36,180 bases of DNA from Candidatus Thorarchaeota archaeon SMTZ1-45 (GTDB lineage: Archaea; Asgardarchaeota; Thorarchaeia; Thorarchaeales; Thorarchaeaceae): assembly GCA_001563335.1 (NCBI GenBank), contig LRSL01000093.1:1-36180 (forward strand), in the 5' to 3' direction. The position numbers and the translations under genes are program-made. Every line of letters begins with the position of its first letter. Position 1 is the stretch's first letter. Positions 18,209-25,946 of this stretch are shown piece by piece. The notes beneath the pieces were generated by a model. It made no database searches and was not told where the DNA came from. It saw nothing but the letters and a program-made list of their open reading frames with translations.

Positions 18209-20866
18209 ATGATAGTTGTTGAAGACACTGAAGCAAATGAAATTCATCGCTTTGTTGTCGTTGACAGCTCCATCCACCTTGGAATTGTGAGGGCAGGTAA
18301 GAATATCCGTACTTTTGATCCTGAACGAGCTTTTTCATATTATACCATGGTTGAAAGTCAGTTGCATGATTTCTCATCACAATATCCTGGTGCATTCAAG
18401 TATTTACCTAGGAGAGTTTATGACTATTTAAGGAAACCAAAGTTACTCAGCGAGTTCTATCATGGCTCTACAACGACTGCGCAAACAAGTTGGATTGCTG
18501 ATTACCTAGTTGTAAAACCACTAATCAGTTTGGGAAACACTATGCTCCCAGCGCTTCAACAAAAGGCGAATGCTGAATCAATCTATCGATGGGCGACTGT
18601 TCCACCCCATAGCCCAAGATTGCTGCACCTTCAGGATATGCGGTTAGACCAGAGAACAGAGAAAGGATGGGGTTGTGTATTAAGAGCCGAGAGTCTTCAA
18701 CAAATACTCAAAGGGTCCAACCGAAGAGATCTCTTAGAGAACATCAAAAATAACAGACCTCTCTTTATTGAACTCGGACCTCCTTCTGAATTGGATCCTC
18801 TTCTTGAATGGCTTGTGCTTCTCAAACAAGCAGGTCTTAGAAATCCAAGCTTGATTCTGAGCGTGAAAAACCACAAGGAGTGGGGAAAAGAAATTACTCG
18901 GCTCCTTGATGTTCCAGGGAGCAGGGTTTTGACTTCAGGAGCTACAATATCATCATTATCAACTTTAATTCGACACATGCGGAAAAACCATAGTGATATC
19001 AATTGGTCAAAACGACTCATGTTTGCATCAGCATACCCAGCAACACAGTTTGGTGATAGTATTTCTGAGGTGTTTAGCTATCTCTTGAGTAGGAATTTAG
19101 CTGCAGAGCCAAATGAGATACAAAGAGTTTTGGGTGGTAATATGCTTTCCATTCTTCCACCTAGGCCTATGTTCCTAAATTACGAAGAGAATAATGCTTC
19201 AGTAGTAGCGGAGGAGAGTCTTGGAAAAGCAGCGATGAATGAGCTTGCAAGAATTCTTCAACTCTTGGAGGCTCGAAAAATGCTGGGAATTGTTTCAATT
19301 GATTATATGATTGACGATGATGGAGGCCAAGTTCATCTTGATAGTGCTGTTCTAACATTAAAGAGTCCAACAGCACAAAAAGCAACAAGCTTGGCAGTGT
19401 TGTTGGAGAAGAATGGCTCTATTATGGTTTCAGGATGGAAAGAAGCATTTTCTGAAAGTCTTGTAACACGAGATGGTGTCTTATTAGATACATTAGTCCG
19501 TGCAAATGCGAAATTGGAAGGACCAATCTATGGTTCTCCGGCTCATCTTACCCGTTTTGATCAAGCTCTACTAACATGTTTTCAGTTAGATAATCCTAAG
19601 GAGGTTCTTTCAGCACTTCACTTTGGAATTGAAATTGCAAAATCCGAATCCGGAGTTTTCTTTATGTGTCGTGAAGACATGTCTGCTCTTGATGTTGCAT
19701 CTGGAGACTATGTCCTTGCGCTAGACTCAAAAACTGGAAAATGGGCGGCAGGTGAATCAAGAGAGCATCCAAGATGCGGAGAGCGTACTATAGTTGTTTC
19801 CGAATCAGATGCAGCACTTTTTGGATTTCGGAATTCATCAGTGGTGAATCTTGTAAAATATGAAGATGAGATTGTAAATATCTCAAAAGCTATTCTTTCG
19901 TATGACGCATCTCAAAGTCTTGATAATGCAGAGCTTTCATCTTTTATCCATCTGCATGAAAAAGAGATTCGAGAATCACTCAGTGGTATTCTCATTGGAC
20001 GAGACACAAGAGTGAGTGTTGGGAGTGAGGATAAAGCAGTAAATCTCTGTTTGAAGAATTCTGAACCCCAACTACTTTCCGGAAAAGTAGGTAGACTATC
20101 TGGAGAAAAGGTGTACTTTAGACCTAAACAAGCCTTCAGTGATATCAATGTGATTCTATGTATTTCTAAAGCATCAAAAATGAGAACAAAAGATGTGTTA
20201 CTAAAAACTCTACACGCTGCGAGAGCCCAGCTTGCCACATTAAGTGAAAAAGTTCCCGAGCTAGCAACATTCCTAAATGGACTTCGGAAGAATGTGTCCC
20301 GATCCCAAATTGCTGCTTTGATTGCGCTTACTGTTGTAAACACGTTTGTCTATAATCGAACGGAAGGCAGATTGGCACTTGTAACGTTTGGAGAAAATCC
20401 TGAAAAGTTCTCTATTCAACGAGGAAAAGAGGTCCAGCCCTATATTGAGTTCTTTGAAGACTTGCAGTCTGAAGAAGTCCTCGTTTCGCTGATATATTCA
20501 CTAATGGATATTGTAGACGAGGTTGATGGGCATGAGAATATGGCTGGTGCGTACAGATCAATTGCTGAGTATTTAGAGGACTTTGGAACTGAGAGACCAA
20601 CATTGGCTCTTGTTCTTGGTAATGGTGTAGGAACTTACGATGAAGAACATCTTTCATTTCTTAGAGCGATTTCAGACCATGATAGATATCGACTCGACAT
20701 ACTATGTCTTGGTAAGGATGTAGATGTGAAAAGTAGCCTTAGATTGCTTAAGGGATTGAAATCTAGAGTCCTTCCATTAGAGTCGTATTCATCCCAATTA
20801 TTTGCAAGATATCTGCTGGACTTTATTGAGAGCGTAACCCAGGGAACTACAAACCATCAGTCCTAA
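18209..20866 (+). CDS. Fusion of degenerate amidohydrolase, Cdc48-N-like domain and degenerate vWA
   Basis: N-half aligns by eye with 16554-18062 (VDSSIHLG, PPHSPRL, WSKRLMFASAY, YLLSRN..IQRVLGGN); C-half aligns with 15194-16465 (KWAAGE, ILCISKASKMRTKDV, NVSRSQIAA, ALVTF). Confidence 0.8.
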   Translation: MIVVEDTEANEIHRFVVVDSSIHLGIVRAGKNIRTFDPERAFSYYTMVESQLHDFSSQYPGAFKYLPRRVYDYLRKPKLLSEFYHGSTTTAQTSWIADYLVVKPLISLGNTMLPALQQKANAESIYRWATVPPHSPRLLHLQDMRLDQRTEKGWGCVLRAESLQQILKGSNRRDLLENIKNNRPLFIELGPPSELDPLLEWLVLLKQAGLRNPSLILSVKNHKEWGKEITRLLDVPGSRVLTSGATISSLSTLIRHMRKNHSDINWSKRLMFASAYPATQFGDSISEVFSYLLSRNLAAEPNEIQRVLGGNMLSILPPRPMFLNYEENNASVVAEESLGKAAMNELARILQLLEARKMLGIVSIDYMIDDDGGQVHLDSAVLTLKSPTAQKATSLAVLLEKNGSIMVSGWKEAFSESLVTRDGVLLDTLVRANAKLEGPIYGSPAHLTRFDQALLTCFQLDNPKEVLSALHFGIEIAKSESGVFFMCREDMSALDVASGDYVLALDSKTGKWAAGESREHPRCGERTIVVSESDAALFGFRNSSVVNLVKYEDEIVNISKAILSYDASQSLDNAELSSFIHLHEKEIRESLSGILIGRDTRVSVGSEDKAVNLCLKNSEPQLLSGKVGRLSGEKVYFRPKQAFSDINVILCISKASKMRTKDVLLKTLHAARAQLATLSEKVPELATFLNGLRKNVSRSQIAALIALTVVNTFVYNRTEGRLALVTFGENPEKFSIQRGKEVQPYIEFFEDLQSEEVLVSLIYSLMDIVDEVDGHENMAGAYRSIAEYLEDFGTERPTLALVLGNGVGTYDEEHLSFLRAISDHDRYRLDILCLGKDVDVKSSLRLLKGLKSRVLPLESYSSQLFARYLLDFIESVTQGTTNHQS

Positions 20867-21095
20867 GTCTGAAGCTCATGTGTTCAATTGCAGATATTCG
20901 CATCTCCAAATTATCAATCTCAATCTCAATTTGATCAACAAGATTTTGTATGTTGTTGATTCTTTTCAAAATCTGTGAGGCTGTATCATGCATGCCAGAG
21001 TCTTTGATTTGGTGTTCATCAAATATCTCCTCAAGGCACTCTATTTTCTTTTTTAAAGTGAGAAGTTCGGTTGTAAAATCCTCATCTTTATTCAA
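20847..21095 (-). CDS. Small coiled-coil protein
   Basis: Heptad pattern, AGGTGG upstream of TTG, last gene of the minus-strand run. Confidence 0.7.
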   Translation of the reverse strand: MNKDEDFTTELLTLKKKIECLEEIFDEHQIKDSGMHDTASQILKRINNIQNLVDQIEIEIDNLEMRISAIEHMSFRLRTDGL

Positions 21096-21113
21096 GAGTA
21101 TATTCCACCTGAT

Positions 21114-22259
21114 TCAAGTTTGTATCCTCTTTAACCTCTTTTCAATTTCAAAGAGTCTTTTTGAGAGGGATTCTATGCGCTCAATATTATCTAATAATCT
21201 GGAATGCAAAACATCCATAGTCCCACGATTTTTCTCAACCATTTCAGAAGCTGGTATAGATGATCTAAGATGTGATTCAAGTGAATCCAAACGTTTGGTA
21301 AGGTCTGTGATTATTGAATCTAAGTCACTCTTCGATAGTGCAATTGATCGTTCGTATTTTTCGGTTGTCGATTGTTTTGTTGTACTCACTGATACCTTTC
21401 GTGGTTCAACTGTCACCTCTCTTGTAGGTTGAATTGTTGCGTTACTCTCTCCTGCAGCGATCCAAAGCGGAGTCAGATATTTTGTCGTCAGTAAATCTAG
21501 ATTATTATGATTGAAAATTATAAACGCAGAGATCCTCTGAGGTTGATCCCAGAAACATGCATCTATTATGTTCGGACCCCAAAAAACCAAACTTGCAATT
21601 CCATTAGATGTGTTCTTGAAGAGCTCTAAACCGGTGAGCCACCGAGTGACCAATGCGGCGAATTTGGGTATCTTGTTAGATTTGCCATGTTGCGCCTCAA
21701 TACTATCCGAAGATGGACTAAGCAATACTTCTTTCATCCATTCAGATATTTTCATTTGCTTCTTTGGAAGAGAGAGCACCGTCATTTCAGCCAACTCACC
21801 TTCAGATGCATCCAGTCTAAGCTGCTCGACATAATCCAAGTTGGGTTCCTCAAAGAACCCTGAAAGCTTCTCTCCAAGAGCATTTTGAATAAGAAAGTCC
21901 ATAATTTCATACGGAGATATTTTTTGAGTTTGAAAAGCTACAAGACACTGAGAATCTTGGGGACCAAAAACCATAGCTACGAACTTTTTTGCTGTAAGAC
22001 CCTTTGGACCAATAATTAAGATAGCCAGATTATCCCATTCAGCACGGTCTCTTGATAATCTGGAAAACCTGTCAGCGGGAATAATGAGAGATTCTTGATT
22101 GTTTTTGTCACGCAGATTCCCCTTCATACCTTTCGATATAAGGCCCTGCTCAATCCATCCAGTCTTTAACATTCCCACAGGCAATCTTGCAAGTATATAT
22201 TCAGAGATCTGTCCACTATTATAGAGAGCTTGAAGATGTGTGGTTATCTCATTATTCAT
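21114..22259 (-). CDS. Hypothetical protein: two possible roadblock/profilin-like domains plus C-terminal coiled coil
   Basis: ATG after GAGGTG; internal echo GQISEYILARLP / GELAEMTVLSLP; S/T-rich linker, then heptads. The fold call is tentative. Confidence 0.65.
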   Translation of the reverse strand: MNNEITTHLQALYNSGQISEYILARLPVGMLKTGWIEQGLISKGMKGNLRDKNNQESLIIPADRFSRLSRDRAEWDNLAILIIGPKGLTAKKFVAMVFGPQDSQCLVAFQTQKISPYEIMDFLIQNALGEKLSGFFEEPNLDYVEQLRLDASEGELAEMTVLSLPKKQMKISEWMKEVLLSPSSDSIEAQHGKSNKIPKFAALVTRWLTGLELFKNTSNGIASLVFWGPNIIDACFWDQPQRISAFIIFNHNNLDLLTTKYLTPLWIAAGESNATIQPTREVTVEPRKVSVSTTKQSTTEKYERSIALSKSDLDSIITDLTKRLDSLESHLRSSIPASEMVEKNRGTMDVLHSRLLDNIERIESLSKRLFEIEKRLKRIQT

Positions 22260-22269
22260 GAGTTCACCT

Positions 22270-23415
22270 CTATCTGTTGGCTATTTTGTTGATAGCATCT
22301 ACAATCAAGTTCAATTTCTTTTCACTGTCCACATGGATTGATATACCATTTCCTTCTTTAGCTATTGCTTCCATGATATCTGTTGCAGATTCTTTACCTA
22401 CTGAGACACTTAGTATTTTGACAGATTTACCTTCAAGATTTGTTCTAGTGATTTTAACAGGATTTTGACCTGTAGAATATACTCCACTTGAAAAAAAGAT
22501 AACTATAGTTGGTAGATCATTGATCTCATGCAATGTTTGAGCTCTATCTAGTCCAAACTTCAGAGCAGCTCCGGGATTAGAAGGTCTGGTTGATAGTGAA
22601 GAGCTTGAAGTATCAACCCATTTTCTGAATGCTTCAATGAGTGATGCGGAGCATAGTGGAGTAATTTCTTGTTCTTCGCCAGTTTGAGAGTTGAAAGTGG
22701 GAAAGGGAAGTACTTCATCAGAATAAACAATTCCAGCGAATTGAGAATTACTACTATATCCACGAAAATTAGATTGAAAAATATCAAGAAGTTGGAGGAT
22801 GGCTTTATGTCGTGAAATGTAATTCTCTCTAACAGCTGTATCATCAATCGAAACATCAACAATATGTGTGGCAGCAGCTACTTCTATGATGATGAATATA
22901 TTACTCTGTTGCAACTCTTCAGCTCCAAGGTGAATCTTGAGAAGACTATTCCACTTGATTCTAGCAGCTTTAATTTTAGACTCAGTTGGACTAAGATGCC
23001 TGACTACAAAGCTTACTCCCAAATTAGTGAGAGTAAATTCTTGTCCGATAGTAACTACGAGTCCTTCAAAATATTCCTTGAAGTCATCAATTCTCTTTGA
23101 AATCGCTTGAGCCATTATATGATTCTGAAGGGCTCTATTTGAAATAACATCGAAATGAATTTCAGTACAGATAGGGAGGTTGTCATGAAGAGGATTGAGG
23201 CGGATTTCCTCCTCACCATCACAATCAAGCATATCATAGATACGAGCGTCAAGTATAATGATCCCTTCAGGAACCTTTTCTGAGCATTTGACGTCTGCAT
23301 AGATCGAAGAAAATCTAGAAATTATCTCACATGTTTGAAAGGATGAAGATAATGCGTTGGTTGATACAAAACAAAGACCCTGTTGATCTCGGCCTCGTTT
23401 TGCTAGTAATTTCAA
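22270..23415 (-). CDS. Cdc48-N-like domain plus vWA domain with degenerate MIDAS
   Basis: VPEGIIILDARIYDMLDCD, FEGLVVTIGQEF, SFVVRHLSP; vWA IIIEVAAAT, ISRHKAI, SNPGAAL, FFSSG, SVSVG; TTG 23415 after GGAGG (track start 23490). Confidence 0.8.
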   Translation of the reverse strand: MKLLAKRGRDQQGLCFVSTNALSSSFQTCEIISRFSSIYADVKCSEKVPEGIIILDARIYDMLDCDGEEEIRLNPLHDNLPICTEIHFDVISNRALQNHIMAQAISKRIDDFKEYFEGLVVTIGQEFTLTNLGVSFVVRHLSPTESKIKAARIKWNSLLKIHLGAEELQQSNIFIIIEVAAATHIVDVSIDDTAVRENYISRHKAILQLLDIFQSNFRGYSSNSQFAGIVYSDEVLPFPTFNSQTGEEQEITPLCSASLIEAFRKWVDTSSSSLSTRPSNPGAALKFGLDRAQTLHEINDLPTIVIFFSSGVYSTGQNPVKITRTNLEGKSVKILSVSVGKESATDIMEAIAKEGNGISIHVDSEKKLNLIVDAINKIANR

Positions 23416-23428
23416 TAAAGCTCCTCCA

Positions 23429-24571
23429 TTAGTAAATGCGGGTGTTATAGATCTCTGTGGCAACCGAGCGAGACCCATAGAAAACTTCAACTCGAAGACT
23501 CGCTTTTCCTTTTGTTTCAGTCATCGGAACAAATTTCAGTTCAAGCTTCTTGTCAGATCTTGGACTAATATCGTGATGCTCATTGGTCACCTCAGATACA
23601 CCATCTGCAGTTACTAGAGATGCAATCACTCGAATTCCGATAACTGTAGGACTTGGATTCGTCACTCTCAAACTATAGTTGAATGCTTTACCAGCAACAA
23701 TATTGTTAGGAACTTCTCCCAATACGACCTTCAAACCCATTTGCGAGGCAGACAAGGGTCTTCCCTTTGGCCAACGATTTATTCGTCCCAACTCAAGAAG
23801 ACGTGACAAGGAGGTTTTTAGTTCTCTCAACTCAAGATTCAATGTTGATGCTGCCTCACCCATATCGAATGTTCCATCATTTGCTTCGTAGTATGTTAGG
23901 ACTTTTCTATCCGCTTCGATTAAATCACTAACACCCTCAAGAATCTGCAAGATTGCTCCTGGTAGTTCATGAGCCTCGAGAAGAGAGTAGTATTTTCCAC
24001 CATCGACAGAAGCTGCTATTTTTCTAAATGATTCTTCAACTAGTGGATTGCAACCACAAACAAAGATGAAGACTGTGCTACCAAAATCAGCCCTTAGTTT
24101 TTTGACTTCGTCAATTGGATCAAGACCTCTGGGGCAACCATCTGGAAAATAATCATCCCCGATACTGTTGTATAATTTGCCATGTGGTGGTGCATCACCA
24201 ACAAGAAGTAATACTTTGTATGCATTGCGTTCCCACGTAAGTTTTGTTCGAGCATCAAATAGACCATCAGCTACAGCTTCAGGAGTATCACCACCTTCAG
24301 ATGGTCTTAACTCAGAGATCAGTTTGTGTACTCGCCTAATTTTTTCCGTAAAATCAAACACACGTGTAATATATGTTCTATCTTGTGGTGGATGATCACG
24401 ATATGATACAATACCAAACCGTATCTCCAACCCTTCAGTCCGAGCAGTAATATGGTTTACAATCTCAAATAAGCTGTCTTTGACAGCAGTGATATCATCC
24501 TTCATTGAACCAGTTGTGTCAACTACAAATGCGACGTCGAGTTTGGTGGAGGCCAGCCCAATCCACTCCAA
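23429..24571 (-). CDS. vWA (VwkA/alpha-kinase-associated type) plus wHTH plus Ig-like domain
   Basis: DVAFVVDTTGSM, YRDHPPQD, GGDTPEAV, GDAPPHG; wHTH MGEAASTLNLELRELKTSLSRLLELGRI; Ig-like VPNNIVAGKAFNYSLRVTN. Confidence 0.88.
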   Translation of the reverse strand: MEWIGLASTKLDVAFVVDTTGSMKDDITAVKDSLFEIVNHITARTEGLEIRFGIVSYRDHPPQDRTYITRVFDFTEKIRRVHKLISELRPSEGGDTPEAVADGLFDARTKLTWERNAYKVLLLVGDAPPHGKLYNSIGDDYFPDGCPRGLDPIDEVKKLRADFGSTVFIFVCGCNPLVEESFRKIAASVDGGKYYSLLEAHELPGAILQILEGVSDLIEADRKVLTYYEANDGTFDMGEAASTLNLELRELKTSLSRLLELGRINRWPKGRPLSASQMGLKVVLGEVPNNIVAGKAFNYSLRVTNPSPTVIGIRVIASLVTADGVSEVTNEHHDISPRSDKKLELKFVPMTETKGKASLRVEVFYGSRSVATEIYNTRIY

Positions 24572-24654
24572 GTCCTGGTTGGTCCTTTTCCAATTAAGCC
24601 TTTGCTGCTAAGCATAACATAGGAAATTTTAGGACCTAATTCCGATGTAGTGTT

Positions 24655-25044
24655 ATGACCGATCTGAACGATACCGATATTCAGTTAGAATTCGTTTTCG
24701 AAGGAAACCTCATTCTGAAAGGCATCATAAATAGAATATACGCTCCATTGATCGTAGAAGAGATAAAGTCCAGGCTCCCCTTTGAAGGCAGAACTGCTCT
24801 CATGCGAGGAGAAATGAAAATCACATTGGGCATTTCAAAAGGTAATGCAAAACCAACAAATGAGGTTAAGAAAGCAGATATAGCATACCAACCTCTTGGC
24901 GACTCTTTGGACATCTATCTGAGTGATAAACAAACCTTCAGTCAAGTCAACGTAATTGGGAGAATAATATCGGATGAATCAGATCTTGATGCATTGACTC
25001 AAGTACGTCGAGGAAGTTTGGTCACTATACGATTAGCTAAATGA
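24655..25044 (+). CDS. Cyclophilin-like fold protein (TM1367/DUF369-like)
   Basis: APLIVEEIKSRLPFEG, VKKADIAYQPLGDSLDIYL, VNVIGRI. Confidence 0.8.
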   Translation: MTDLNDTDIQLEFVFEGNLILKGIINRIYAPLIVEEIKSRLPFEGRTALMRGEMKITLGISKGNAKPTNEVKKADIAYQPLGDSLDIYLSDKQTFSQVNVIGRIISDESDLDALTQVRRGSLVTIRLAK

Positions 25045-25050
25045 GATTTT

Positions 25051-25602
25051 TCAAAGGCGTTGAAGTTTTGTTATGAGAGCCTTTTTCTCATCAACCTCAA
25101 CTTCTGAAGGATCAACTACCATACCAGCTTCATGAGTTTCAATCCTTACTTCGACACCGGAGTGTTTTACACTTTTAATTCCATTACTAGAGAGTGCTCT
25201 AACACGAAGCTGTGTTGTATTGAATTCTGTCTTGTCTGATGTTTCAACTGCAACGGTTTCTCTGCGAAGTTTAATCTTTGAGATTCGAACTTGTTCTTTG
25301 AGCTCAGCTACTTGAACCTGAAGTTCCTTTCTTTGGCTGCTTTCTTGCTCTAGCTGTGTCTTCAATTCTAAATGAGCTTCACGAGGAACATAATCCTTAG
25401 TCTTGTCAATCCATTTGACAATAGTTCCATCAAATTTGCGAGTTGTGCTAACTTGATTTAGAGCTTTCAAAACAGCAATGATATCGTACACACGACGCTT
25501 TGGGGTATTCAAACGTTCAGCCAGAATATCGCTTCTGATTCCTGATTCCCCACATTCTTTCAGTACTCTGACTGATTCTTTGGCTAGGTCAACTAGTTTC
25601 AA
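25051..25602 (-). CDS. E2F/DP-like winged-helix transcription factor with coiled coil
   Basis: LAERLNTPKRRVYDIIAVLKAL...VKWID matches the E2F/DP signature RRxYD..NVL...I.W; followed by a heptad coiled coil and a beta-rich segment. Confidence 0.85.
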   Translation of the reverse strand: MKLVDLAKESVRVLKECGESGIRSDILAERLNTPKRRVYDIIAVLKALNQVSTTRKFDGTIVKWIDKTKDYVPREAHLELKTQLEQESSQRKELQVQVAELKEQVRISKIKLRRETVAVETSDKTEFNTTQLRVRALSSNGIKSVKHSGVEVRIETHEAGMVVDPSEVEVDEKKALITKLQRL

Positions 25603-25631
25603 CTATGCACCCCACTTGAATTCCGGCGGCC

Positions 25632-25645
25632 TGCTCAATTGAGCA
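25632..25645. promoter_or_regulatory. Perfect 14-bp palindrome TGCTCAATTGAGCA
   Basis: About 30 bp upstream of the E2F/DP-like start; self-complementary. Confidence 0.5.
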
Positions 25646-25946
25646 CACTTCCATCATACATGTAAAGCCCCGTATATATGGGTTTGTAATTTTCCCATTA
25701 TACGAATCTGTTGCGATTTATCGAACGTATTACTCACATACTACATTAAAAAGAATCTAGTAAAACCCATCTTAGTATTGTTTCGAAAAATGTGAGACTA
25801 CATTATTCGAAATAGTCTCCAAAATTTCGTAGGAGATTTTCCAAACTTGAGTGTCTATAACACATTTGGCTAGACCAGACATTTTTTAACTTGGCAAAAA
25901 GGTTCGAAGAAGCATTGACCACCCAAGACTCGGAGTGGAGCATAAG

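Noticed and set aside
20950-21432. 160-aa plus-strand ORF and similar short antisense ORFs across the window
   Set aside because: Antisense to better-supported genes, with composition typical of shadow frames.
15194-23415. Calling these genes Cdc48/VAT ATPases or a MoxR-vWA system
   Set aside because: No Walker A/B motifs in any ORF of the cluster.
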